Shown piece after piece: positions 10,022 to 21,749 of a stretch of 64,000 bases of DNA. The stretch covers positions 1,592,550-1,656,549 of the forward strand of contig JAUPSS010000004.1 in assembly GCA_040285825.1 (NCBI GenBank), in the 5' to 3' direction. The stretch's first letter is position 1. Every line of letters starts with the position of its first letter. This stretch comes from Eukaryota sp. TZLM1-RC (lineage: Eukaryota > Protista > Metamonada: BaSk clade). Both the position numbers and the translations under genes were made by a program. Under the pieces are notes generated by a model. It was not told the origin of the DNA. It did no database searches and was given only the letters and a program-made list of their open reading frames with translations.

Positions 10022-10690
10022 TAATCGCTTTATCACCTATTGTTCCACCGTACATGATGATGCTGTCAGAAATTAAATCCAGGCATTGTGTCTTTCTTAC
10101 CACATTGAACCATTTGTAGAACCTCTGTTGAGATCTCTTGATGTTGACGAAAAGACAATAGATTTGAAATATGGAAAACATCGAGCTGATGTTGTAATAC
10201 CTTCGGTTGATGATATCTTAACGGTAGTTGACGTTTTTACAGTCGATGTGTGTAAGCAGAATGCTTTGAAAAATGCCGAATCCGAAGTTTCTCCATTAGA
10301 TGACTCTGAATTATACAAGCGAAGAAAGTATACAAAACCATTGAAGAATTTGAAGCATACAAGACATGTGGATTACCAACTTTGTCCTTTTGCAGTTTCT
10401 CTCTACGGCCGTCTTGGAAAAGCAGCTCTCAATTTTATAAATGGTTTTGAAAAACTTGTGAAGAAGAGAGCCAACAAGCGTTTTGATCGTAGTATGTGGT
10501 TGAATAGAATTGTTTTTACCATATTCAAATCAATTTCAAAATTGATTTCAAAATGTTTAAAGTCTGTTAGCGCTCACTATTAAGGCATTGCTGTGGTGAG
10601 ATTTGATGGTTTTGAAGCTTGTTTTGAAGGCATTAATTTTTAGTCTTGTTAAGAATAGTATTTGGATCAATTAGAATCGAATTAAAAAAG
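10022..10690 (+). mobile_element. Right half of the split RLE non-LTR element (restriction-like endonuclease and 3' end)
   Basis: RFITY..VHD, EPL, RADVV...VVDV, ELYKRRKY, PFAVSLYGRLG. Removing element A and one TAAT restores the frame N-Y-N-R-F. Confidence 0.88.
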
Positions 10691-11297
10691 GGCTTCTTGG
10701 CATCTTCAGCTTTAGATGATGAGTAGCTGCAACTCATTTCAGTTGATTGAGAAACACTTCAGTGATGGATGTTTCAAGCTTATATCCTTCCTCTTTTCCT
10801 GGACGGACCAATTAATATCTGAACTGTTGAAGTGCAGACTTTCGAATATCAGATCGAACTAACAAATATTTGGACACAAAAGTATCCAAGTCTAAAAATT
10901 GACGTAACAGATCTAAATAGAATGGAAAATCTAGAACAATTAAAGAAAGTTTATCTTGTGTTGTACTAAAGCCATAACGATTGAGCACATCTATATACTT
11001 CAGAGTGAAATCACACAAGCGACATTCCTTTTTAAAATAAACAAAGGAACAGATATTTATTGCATTCCTGGAATAAATCCCCTAAACTTTTGCCAATATC
11101 TATATCTTTTGGTATTTGCCTCCATTAGCTGATCAGATACACTTAAGGCATGTGAATAATCTAATGTGTCGTTTTGCAGTGTCAATTTATGGAAACTTGG
11201 TACGTTGGGAAATAAGTTGGGAAATTGGTGAATAAATGGATAAGTTTGCATTAAGCATTGTGGTTAAATCGAATTGGTTTCACCATTTTCAAAACGG

Positions 11298-14200
11298 TCT
11301 GTTTCTGAACTCCGATCTTTTATCGGATCTGTGAACTTTCTCCGCGATTGGTTACCCTCTGTATCCGCTGAAATTGAACCTCTGACTGCTCTCCTTCGTA
11401 ATAACCCCAGAAGAATACGAGTAGGTCCCTCCGAATTGAAAAACTTTAACAACATTAAGGAAATGATAACCAGCAGCTTACCCCGTGCCCTTCCTGACTC
11501 GGATAGCAACATCTTGATTTCTACTGACGCTTCCGAGAAAGCCATTGCTGGAATCATTTGGAAAGAACTAGAACCATCTCCTCCTGGAACCTTCCTATCC
11601 GAAAGAAAGGTTATGCCCATTTCCTTCTATTCTAGAATCTTGTCCGCCTTTCACCAACGCTGGTCCACCCTCCAGAAAGAACTATTCGCCATAGTTATGA
11701 CTCTCAATCAGCCCAACTTGTCGTCCTTCCTGCTTTCTCGACACCTCACAATCTTCTGCGACCACAAGAATCTGTCGTATTTATTCAGTTGCCCTGACTT
11801 TAACCGCGTAGTGGTTTGATGAATCCCAGTACTACAATCTTTTTCGTTTGACTATGTTCATATTAATGGCCCCAAGAATATTTGGGCAGACTACTTCTCC
11901 CGTGCATCTCTACTTCCCGAAAAGAAAAAAGAGAAGAAGACAAGAGATATCTGTGATAACTCCACCCCTGAACTGTGTTTCATGATGACTTATCGAGACC
12001 AGGCTAAGTCCCCCTTGTGGAACTACCTAAATCTTGATGATCTGAGACACCTCAATACAGATCACTGGTACAATATTGATTATGAAACTGCTGAACGAAC
12101 CTTCCATCCTTCCGCCCTCCGCTCGAAGCATAGCACTATAGCTTACCTGAACTCCCTAAAGCACTTCATTCACTACAATGTGAATCCTGGAAGGAATGAT
12201 CCGCTTGCGTTCTCCTCCGCCATGTACTTTATCTTGTCCACTGACCTGTCTCTTCTATATAAGGATGTTTCCGCCCCGAAGGACCATGACTTTAGTTATC
12301 CCCTAAACCTGCCCTCTCGATATCTCACCGTTAATGACATCATCCAGCAAGCCAACTGGAATGCCCGAGTCTATTTCCACCACCCAAGGATGCCCTTTCT
12401 GGATTATCTTCCAGAAGTAGTACCCCAAAACGCCCACCTCATAGTTCTCAATCACTTTCCCCCCGCGTACCACCATTGGCCTCAGTCAATGGTACATGGG
12501 AGACCTCAGTCACAATCGCTACATTTCTGAACGCTTCCTTAACGTTATACTCCTACCCGATGCCAAAGGAGTCGCTCACGACTTTGAACGAAATTTGTGG
12601 TATAGAGCTACCACAGCTAGTGAACGTTATGTATTCCATGATCTCGTCCCTCCTCGTTGTAACCCTCAGGAATGTCCTGACTCTCCTCGTTGTGATCACT
12701 ACCCCTGGACTCCTGACACAATCAAACCCTGTCCATACGGTGATCAACTCTATGACTGCTGTCTTCATCCTCAGTTCCATAAATATTCTGACTTACCTTG
12801 CTGCAACGTACCAATCGGACCCCTCTACCCTGACTCAGACTACCGGATGTATCTGCTGAATCCTTGTGCCGACGTAACCACCTATTTCCCTCTCTGTCTA
12901 TTGAAGCCCATTGTTCACAGAATTTATCATTACGATAACGATGAACTGAGTCCTTGTGTCTTTGCCATCCCCGGAATAAAACTAGTCTATGGACACCAGA
13001 TTGATCCCAGTGATCGATCTATTCATTGTCATTTAATGCCACTGGATTACTCTTCCGTAGCTGAAGCTGAATTTGACAACCCAGACCCCGACTTTATTCA
13101 CGATGAATCAACTACCTGCTCTCACTTCCCGGATCTGATCAACATGTACTTTAATGGACCTATTCAACATCACTCAAGGTTGGACTTCATTTTCCAAGAC
13201 AAACGACTAGAGATAGTCCCTCATCCTACTCATTCCCATGCTTTCGCCTTGCCTGGATACCCTGCTGATCAACCGAGGTACTACTTACCATCTTTCACAA
13301 GCGAACTGCCGTCTAGATTAGAAATTTTCGAAGCTAACCCATCTATGTTTGACCATGAACGATTTCTCAAAGAACAAAGCATGTCCCCTGCCGAAGGCCT
13401 TCCTTCCCGCGAAGATCCTGATCAGCCCATTGATGTATCTTCCGATTCATCCGACGATGTCCACTTCGTCTCTGCTGTCACCTCCTCTAGTACCTCCAAT
13501 TCCTCTAGCCATGATGTGTTGTCGTTTAAACCTATCAGTTCACCGGCCGCAGCATTCTTGAATAAGATATTCAGGGCCCAACAGAAAATTCTAGATAATG
13601 ATCCCCTGTTTGCTAAGTGCCTCATCGACGCCCCGTCCGGACTAAAACTTTCCAAATCCGGAAAGATACTGGTTCCTCCATCCATGGGCCCTGAGATCCT
13701 CTTGCTTGCCCATGGATCAATAGAAGCTGGCCACGCTCTTTTTGCCCAATGCTGGAAATCTCTTCAACAATCTCATTTTCAATGGCCTGACATGCGGAAC
13801 GACCTTTGAACCCACGTCAATGCTTGTATCCCTTGCCAAAAGACGGTCCCCGTTTCGAAGACCTTGATCTCCTCCACTGGATCCTTGAATTCCGTTCGCC
13901 GCCCGTTTGAAAGTCTCCACTGTGACTCCATTGGCCCCCTGCCCGTTGACTCCTATGGTTACCGATATATTATCCATTTTGTTGATGCATTCTCCAAGTT
14001 CAGCATCCTGGTTTCTACGAAAGACCTTAAAGCATTAACCGTTGCCAACTCCTTAATCTCCTCTGTTTACTCCGTTTTCGGCGCCCCACGTCATATACAC
14101 TCCGATAATGGTCCTGAATTCGCCAACAAGATATTCAGTTTGCTATGCCAATTCTTGAACATTGAACATACCTAATCCTTGCCCCACTACCATCAGTCCA

Positions 14201-14777
14201 ATGGATTAGTAGAACGCCAACGCCGAAGCTTTCTTCAAGTTATTCGTCGTATGCTGCTCGACTTCTCAGATTACCACAACTGGTTTGATTACGTTCCCCT
14301 CTGCCAGATGGTATTAAACTCACAAGAAAGGAAAGCTCTGAACGCCTCTCCTTATAGTCTAATTTTTGGTCCTGATACTTCTCCTCGTCTCTTGCCCAAC
14401 CAGCTGTTGACTTCCTTTGCTTCTCATCCTCTGCCTGCTGAAAAGCCCGAATTCATTGAACACCTGCATAAGCTGACAGAGAAGCTTATCTCTTCCTGGG
14501 AAGCTGTAAGCCATTCCCTCGATCAATCTCCTGTTGATATGCGCGAGCTCGTTTATGGTCTTCAAGACACTCTCCGTCGATCCGTCGATCCGCCTAAGTC
14601 CCGCCGAAAAGAAAAGAGAAGCCAGTGTTAGCTGTGGCTAAACGTGACCTTCCATTTTAGGAAGGTGAATCACGTCATCACTAGTTTAAATTGCAGTTTA
14701 TTTTATTTTTCTTTGATTTCTTATATTCTGTCCATAAACTTCTGTTATTGTTTATGTTAAGTGCACGAAAAGCAACA
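11298..14777 (+). mobile_element. 5'-truncated, decayed Gypsy element of family B (RNase H, large insert, integrase, 3' LTR)
   Basis: Colinear with 24120-27972. Stops and frameshifts split the ORFs (11274, 11982, 12496, 13864, 14179). GPY/chromo region deleted. PPT and LTR present at 14626. Confidence 0.92.
14626..14777 (+). repeat. 3' LTR of the truncated family B copy (152 bp)
   Basis: TGTTAGCTG...GAAAAGCAACA, homologous to 21598-21749 and 27821-27972. Confidence 0.93.
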
Positions 14778-15300
14778 CATTGATTTTTAGTTTTTTTGCT
14801 TTAACAAGTTCTCTCTTCTATTATTTTTATGGAAATCCATCAGATCTTGTCTTTGACAATCACCTTCTCCCTTCTTCTTCTGGAGTTAACAAGGAGACCC
14901 TTTAGGTCCTTTCTTTTTCTCTTTGGCTATTCATCCTCTTCTTTGTTCGCTGAAAGACAAACATAGCAACTTAGACATTGCATGTATGGGTGATATTCCG
15001 TTCATTGCTCAACTGAATGTTTTAACGGCTAATTCGTCAGAAATTGTTAATTTTTATTAGTCGATAGGACGCCAGCTAAATATTCAAAAGTGTTTTGTCA
15101 TATCAAAATTTGATGTTTCTTTGGAAATCAACGGAATTAGAGTTCCATTTAATCAATCAAATTCCCCAAATTTATGGGATTTTTTATAAATGATCATCAG
15201 TTAACCACTGCTGTGAAATGCGGTTTTATTTTTGGCCATGTAATCTTCCAAATGATCTTCAAAGTAAATGTGGTAAATTGATAACTTTATCCAATATTTT
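14778..15300 (+). mobile_element. Fragments of RLE non-LTR elements (3' end, RT core, Zn-knuckle pieces)
   Basis: Begins with the IDF* 3' end. Then degenerate G(V)KQGDPLGPF and YMDD-like RT motifs, then NQIPQIYG and KCGKLITL. Confidence 0.7.
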
Positions 15301-15809
15301 TAAGAGTTTTTGGGGAATAACCGTATAAACTCCAATACAAACAATAAAGACATTGATTTATTCTTCTAATGAGCCTGTTGGAAAGTGATTGGGTCAACTG
15401 CCCACATAGGGGAGTGTGGCCCATGAAATTGCCAACAAAAAGTTCAACTGTACAGAAGATTGAATAAAATCAGAGCTTTTGGCACAACCAGCTGTGCACA
15501 TTCAAAAGGTGGAGGTAACATAGCACATCATCACTATCGTCCGGATAATCGAAAAGATTCCTTTCTTCAGTGACTTCTACTGGTCGTATCAACTTGGCAT
15601 TGACACTTTCTGTTGTGATCTTCTCTGTTTAGGAGGTGGAGACTTTGGGAGGTGCAACAGGATGGTCTAGATGGAGAGATATGATCGGACTCTACGAAAG
15701 AGGATGAAAAAGACGAGCAGTGTTTAGACAGGAAGCAGTACCTAAAGAAAGGCTTGAATCAAAGTATCCATAGTGATGAAAGTATGTTAGAACAGACTTT
15801 TTTGACCTT

Positions 15810-17354
15810 ATGACAACACTAGAGTACAAGAAACGGTATACGACCCGACAAGATTTGGAGTGTAAAGAAATCCAGGATTCAATGTCTCAAACTATCGCCA
15901 CTCTCTGTGAAACGTTAAGCCTCTGGTTTCCTTTTGTCTTTCCGTTGTTAGGCAGTTTGTTATTCCTTGCCAATCTCTCTAAGGAATTGGATGAAACGGG
16001 TTTTTGGATCCTTGTCATCAATGCCATTCTATGTGGTTCTTCAGGTCTTCTGGTGTTTGCAAACCACCGCAAGTATGGTCATAGCTTTTTTGCTAAAGAA
16101 GATTCTACTATACCAAGTGCTCCAGGGACCGTTACTACAGCAAATACAATACCTGGAAACATTATGGTCATTTACCTCGTTTGCGCTGCTTGGAATGCTG
16201 TCTCTACAAGTTGGCAACAGTTCTTGTTCACTGATGATGCTAAATTGATCTTCTGCTTCATCGCTTTTGCTGTTTGCATCGCCTATTCAGCTTTTCTTTG
16301 CATCCCTTTTCTTCGCTACATGGGATTTGGTTCTAGTGCTGCTTTGACCATCCTTGGCGCTCTTACTGTCCTTCTTCTTGGTCTCGGTTTTATGACTCAA
16401 GATCTTGATACTGCTAGGCTGTACTCCCACTTTAGAAGACATCCTTTGTCAGATTTCCATGCAGTGGTATCTCGTCCCAACATTCAACATGAAGTTCATT
16501 CAGAGATTGATGATGCCTTGCAATTAATGAATCCTTACCGCATTAATGTTTTGGCAGGAGTTCCGGGATGTGGAAAATCTGTCTCTTTGTTTAAATTTCT
16601 TGAAAAACAACACGTTATTTGGTTGACTGGAAGACGATCTCTTTGTGAGAACCTTTCTTTACGACTTGGTTTTAAGCCCGCATCTACTTTTGATGACATG
16701 TTTTGTCTTACCCTCGTTGCCAAATTATTGAATACTCGACAATTTACTCTTGTAATTGATGATGTACAAGCTCTCACCGTTGATTCGCCAATGGTTAAAT
16801 TGTTTTTAGGATATGGTGGAGATATGAAATTGCCATTTCCCATCTATTTTACAACTTCTGATTTTCTCACATATCTTGATAAATTTCACCCTCGTATCCT
16901 TCGAATTGCTCAACTCTATTGGTTTGACTATCCAAGTGATGACGTGATTAGACAGTTCACTGCTAATCTAAATATTGATTTCAAGAAAACATTGGCAGAT
17001 TATGGTCCTTCTTTGAGATTAGTTCAAGAAGCTGAGTTTCAAGCATTAGATTTAAAAATGAGTTGTAATGCCATTGTTGGTCAACTTGCATTTTCTGAGC
17101 CATCACTGCTTGAATTACTGAGAAATGTTACCGAAACAACACTTACAGACAATGATCAGTTCAGACTTGCCGCTTTCAATGACGAAATGAGAAGCAACAT
17201 TAATTCATTAATTGAGAAGAACTTGCTCACATCTTCCTTTGATGGTATAACCTTTCACAGCCCCTTAGTTCGCCGCGCTGCTTGTACTTTCTTTTCAAGT
17301 TTAGAGTTTAATGCCTGTAAATCAGTTTCTAAGTGTTTTGAAATTGGACAATAA
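15810..17354 (+). CDS. Multi-pass membrane protein with C-terminal P-loop NTPase domain (true start possibly ATG ~15882)
   Basis: Intact 514-aa ORF with 5-6 hydrophobic segments in the first ~200 aa, Walker A GVPGCGKS and Walker B LVIDD. Confidence 0.85.
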   Translation: MTTLEYKKRYTTRQDLECKEIQDSMSQTIATLCETLSLWFPFVFPLLGSLLFLANLSKELDETGFWILVINAILCGSSGLLVFANHRKYGHSFFAKEDSTIPSAPGTVTTANTIPGNIMVIYLVCAAWNAVSTSWQQFLFTDDAKLIFCFIAFAVCIAYSAFLCIPFLRYMGFGSSAALTILGALTVLLLGLGFMTQDLDTARLYSHFRRHPLSDFHAVVSRPNIQHEVHSEIDDALQLMNPYRINVLAGVPGCGKSVSLFKFLEKQHVIWLTGRRSLCENLSLRLGFKPASTFDDMFCLTLVAKLLNTRQFTLVIDDVQALTVDSPMVKLFLGYGGDMKLPFPIYFTTSDFLTYLDKFHPRILRIAQLYWFDYPSDDVIRQFTANLNIDFKKTLADYGPSLRLVQEAEFQALDLKMSCNAIVGQLAFSEPSLLELLRNVTETTLTDNDQFRLAAFNDEMRSNINSLIEKNLLTSSFDGITFHSPLVRRAACTFFSSLEFNACKSVSKCFEIGQ

Positions 17355-18559
17355 ACGAATATATGGTTTTTTCGTCATGAATTACTAAAACCAGTGGACG
17401 TGAACCTCCTCATTGCTTTAATTTTAATAATTAATAATTAATTAATTTTTTTTTAATTTAAGTGCCTTTATACATGTTGTAACGAATGGGTTTCCGCTAT
17501 TTTCAACTACCTCAACATTGTAATTAACGTAGGTTCAAAAACCAATTTCCTTTATTTTACTTTGTCTCAACTCAATTTCATTAACTCTTCCACAATACTT
17601 CCAATTACAAACCTTCGACCAGTTTTTGACAACTATACTCGTGACAAACTAAAACACGCTGACGAAATTGATGTGACTCTACTGTCCCCTCATGGACCTG
17701 TGAAAAACTCACGGAAAATGAACCTGGAAATGTTTCAAACCATTTGGCAAAAAAATATTATTATTTATTATGTTAATTGCCAAACCAAGTACCAACATAC
17801 TTCCATCAGAAAAATTTCTGTAGACCCAGAAACGACTTTCACAACAATTTACAAGAATAATATATCATGTGAAAAAAACAGAGAATGTGAGTTATGACCG
17901 AGTGAACGAATGAATGTTTAAAAGTATAAACGTTTGCTCCAAATTAATGTCACTCAAATGAACTAAAAAAATAGTGACCATATTTCGGGGTGTAATGTAA
18001 GAGCTACACATTGTTGAAACGTTTAACCAAGATTGTATTCATAACTATTTAACCAGTGGATCCCACAACGTTCTCTTTTTTGCTGAATATATATAGGGAT
18101 CATATTTATTGTTTCTATTCTTTTTCAGAAACAGGTGGTTTCGGTATTCAGCTTTTCTTTCCTATTGCTTGGATTTTTTGCTTGGACCTTTTCCTGCTGT
18201 GATTTTATCTTGTGTTATTGAAAGTCTGTTTATGTTTTGATTGCTTTCCTCAATCAACTCGCTTCATTGATGGTCGTCATGTTCACCTACTTCAATTGTG
18301 GGGCAGTGAGTGATTCCTCCAGTGTTTTAAGAATATATGCTTCTGGAACTTGTCGTATTTTAAATAATCTAATATTATATTAAATTTTAAATAATGGTTA
18401 TTATATTTTTTATATTTTTCAGTTTTGTGGGCGTTATAGTTTAGTTTAGACCTATTTTTCAGTATTCAATAATTAAAGTAGAACCTATATTGTAATGTCT
18501 CCTGAATTATGGCTTTCCTGTTTTCACAGAGATGTTTCAGATATTCCTGAAAGGTCAAT

Positions 18560-19535
18560 AACTTCTTTAACTTCGTTTGCTTGTAAATATTACAACGACA
18601 TCTTTTTAAAAAATTCGAAAGTCTGGATCTTATAGTCCGTTTTGACTTGGCTAGGGAAGAAAACCCTTCTTTCGCAAATTCTTTAATTGATCCTAAAGAA
18701 AGTTCCTCAGTAGCTTTAATCAATCAAATTCCCCAAATTTATGGGATGTTTTTAAATGATTATCAATGGACCACTGCTATGAGAATGCGGTGTTATTTGG
18801 GGCCGTGTAATCTTCCAAATGATCTTCAATGCAAGTGTGGTAATTTGATAACTTTATCACATTTATTTAATTGTAATCGTTACATAATTTGTCGCTCCTG
18901 CATGCATGATGCAGTAAGAGATCAAATTCACGCAATGTGTGAGGCTTATGGAATTGAGTCATGGGTTTAACCACCATTGCGCTCCCTGGAAGTCAATGAA
19001 TCTGTTTCGAAACCAACTTATGGGAAAAGAAGAGCTGCTATTGTTGTTTTCTCAACAGAAGATCATTTAAGAGTAGTTGATGTGGTTTCTGTCGATGTTT
19101 GTAAGAAAACTGCTTTAAGTTTATGTAGTTCAGAAATTTCACCATTAGATGCATCTGAAAATTTCCAAATTAAGAAATATATGACTCCATTAGCAGATTT
19201 GAAACACTTAAAACATGTGAATTATCGTATGTGTCCTTTTGCAGTTTCAATTTATGGAAGACTTGGTAATATGGCACATAATTTTCTTGAAGATTTTGGC
19301 ATATTGGTGGAAAAAAGGATGATTAAAACATTTATCCATACTTTATGGTTAAATAGAATTGTTTTCATCATTTTTCAAAACGGTATCTATTATGGTTTCC
19401 AAAGCATTGTTGTCTGTAGGTGTTTTCTACGATGACAAAGAGGAGGTTAGGTTTGATAGTGTTGCTGCTTGTTTTGAAGACATTGATTTTTAGTTTTTTG
19501 CTTGTTCAAAATAATAAAGAGATTATTCAAAAAAA
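18560..19535 (+). mobile_element. 3' portion of an RLE non-LTR retrotransposon
   Basis: CKCGNLITLSHLFNC, HDAVRD, VVDVVSVDVC, PFAVSIYGRLG, FEDIDF*, then AATAAA and an A-run. Confidence 0.88.
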
Positions 19536-19762
19536 GTAGAACCTATTAAAAGAAGTAAAGTGAATCATAAAATTTGTAATGTTCCGTTAATGGGATTTGA
19601 TTCTTCTATATCTGTATGTTCAATTGAAAATATCTGTTGAAAATAACAGTCTACTTTTTTGGCTATATAATAGAACTATATTACCTGTGGAATTTAACTA
19701 TTATACTATTTTTAACATCTTATTTATCACTGTTACAAATTTTAAAAAAACAGTCTTGTTTT

Positions 19763-20130
19763 AAGTCAACGGAATTAGAGTACCTCAAATTAATTATTTG
19801 TCTGAAAGTTTAAGTTTTTTATGTTGCTATTTGGGCTCTTCGCAGCATGTGCTAAAGGAATAACATAATTATCTGATTTCTATTAGAAAAGAACTTGAAG
19901 TAATCAAAGAACTGACTTTTGAGAAACATTTGAAATTTTTTATTTTAATAATATGTTATTCCGGAAAAATTACCCACTTACTTCGTTCACTCCCGGCTGA
20001 ACTAACCTACAATTTTTGTCGCGAATTTATCAAAATTCGTACAGATTTTTTGTCTCACCTCTTGAAAGTGGAATCTAATCTTTTTAAAAGTCATTTTTTG
20101 CTGACCCTCATCTTGGAGGTATTGGTTTAT
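19763..20130 (+). mobile_element. Internal RLE element fragment (inverted near-copy of ~28570-28940)
   Basis: VNGIRVPQINYLSESLSFLCCYLGSSQHVLKE*...CYSGKITHLLRSL, nearly identical to the minus-strand copy. Confidence 0.8.
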
Positions 20131-20344
20131 AGTTGTGACTGGGGTATCAGCATCTTCTGGACTGTTTCAACAGGAGCTGGCAAACTTGCTTCCATAGATA
20201 ACAACTCTGTTGTGAGAGCTCGAACTTTTGCTGTTTTTTTGAGTTTGTACTATTGTTCGGACACTTTTTTGAGTTACGTCAGTGGCCAAGTTGGCTACAA
20301 CTCGAACTTTAAAATCCCTACTTTCGAAATATTTCAAAAGATGT

Positions 20345-20700
20345 TTCTACAGCTTTTTCAAGCCAAACTTGAGTGACAGAATACTTCTTTCCGGAATCTC
20401 TCTGATGTCTTCAGGAAAGCACGTTGACAATAATTCTGGTGAAAGACTATCAACTTCATTACGTAAATCAATAAAATAGTGTTAGTAGTTTGTAGGAGTG
20501 ATTTCCTTGATTCGTATCGATCACAGAACTTATAAACAAAATTCTTGCCAACACCCACAAAAGCCGCTTTTGTCCAGTATTTAGATGCAGTAAAGCCAAC
20601 ACCACCTGATTGAGGAGCTGAAAAAGTGTGGTTTTTCAAAAAATTGGGATCAACTTGTATCAAATAAGCTAGAAACTCAGTTCGAATTTTGTTGAGCATT
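20345..20700 (-). mobile_element. Internal RLE element fragment
   Basis: KIRTEFL...GGVGF...KAAFVGVGKNFVY. Confidence 0.75.
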
Positions 20701-20764
20701 CGAAACGTATTTTTAAAAAAAACAATTATTTGTTCTATTTGAAATTAACAATTATGAAATATCA

Positions 20765-21290
20765 GACTAAAAATCAATTTCCTTATACTCCAACTCTGCA
20801 ATGGAAAACTTACCCTCTGCACGGTCATTGTAGTACTTCCCAAGAGAAAGTAAAGAACTTGAAACATGGGGAATCAATCCTTCAAAAATTGTAACTATTC
20901 TATTGTGCCAAGAAGATCGATCAAAACTTCTTCATGTTCTACGTTTAACAATTCTTGAAAAAGTACCAAAAAAAGATAATGCAACTTTACCTAAAGAGCC
21001 ATTCAGAGAGAACGCAAATGGACACAAAAGATAATGAGAATTGCTATTTAAACTTTTCCAAATACTTTTGGTACTTGGCATTGTCTGCTTTAGAAAATGG
21101 TGTGACCGTCAGCGAATTCGATAATTTTCTGTCAGTATCATTTGACACATCAGAAGACCTCACATCAATTATATAAGTGGATCCATCAAGTCCAGGAATA
21201 AGAACGTCACCTCAACAGTCTCCAAAACCATAATTATTGTGAACAAATAATGGTTTAATTAGGTGTTAAACATCTGGAAAACGATTCGCA
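20765..21290 (-). mobile_element. 3' end of a second RLE non-LTR subfamily
   Basis: GDVLIPGLDGSTYIIDVRSSDV...KYQKY...EIDF*, homologous to 45249-45925. Confidence 0.7.
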
Positions 21291-21329
21291 AATATTAAAT
21301 ATTTAATCTAAAAATAATATGTATTTTTA

Positions 21330-21597
21330 TTCTACTTTGAAAATTTCAGGACTTTGAAAGGTTCAGTATCTTTATCAAATTTAACTTGCTCTGAATTCTA
21401 GAGTGGTGACGTTTCTGACTGAGCAAAGTTTGAGGCGGACTGTTTGCAAACATCAGCAATTACTATATCAACAACACTGAGGCTATCATTGATAGATGGC
21501 ACAATTAGGCCAGCACGACGCTTTTCAAGTTCATTTTCCTTTTTTGTTTAGTTGGAGAGAAGCTGGTAATGGTTCAATAAATGATTCAACATTATAT
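21330..21597 (-). mobile_element. RLE domain of the non-LTR copy split by Gypsy element B (continues at 27973)
   Basis: NVESFIEP...RRAGLIVPSINDSLSVVDIVIADVCK. Joins in frame to CKSY across TSD ATAT. Confidence 0.8.
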
Positions 21598-21749
21598 TGT
21601 TAGCTGGAGCTAAACGTGACTTTCCCATTTAGGAAAGAGGATCACGTCATCATTAGTTTAAATTGTAGTTTTGTTTATTTTCATTTGATTTCTTATATTC
21701 TGTTCATAAACTTCTGTTTCTGTTTATGTTTAGTGCACGAAAAGCAACA
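21598..21749 (+). repeat. 5' LTR of element B
   Basis: TGTTAGCTGG...AAAGCAACA, direct repeat of 27821-27972. Confidence 0.95.

Noticed and set aside
10700-11251. Broken minus-strand ORFs (64 and 68 aa), possibly one decayed gene
   Set aside because: No motif I can recognise, so left unannotated.
17400-18450. ORF 17562-17897 and neighbouring AT-rich sequence
   Set aside because: Non-ATG start, no motifs, no terminal repeats found.
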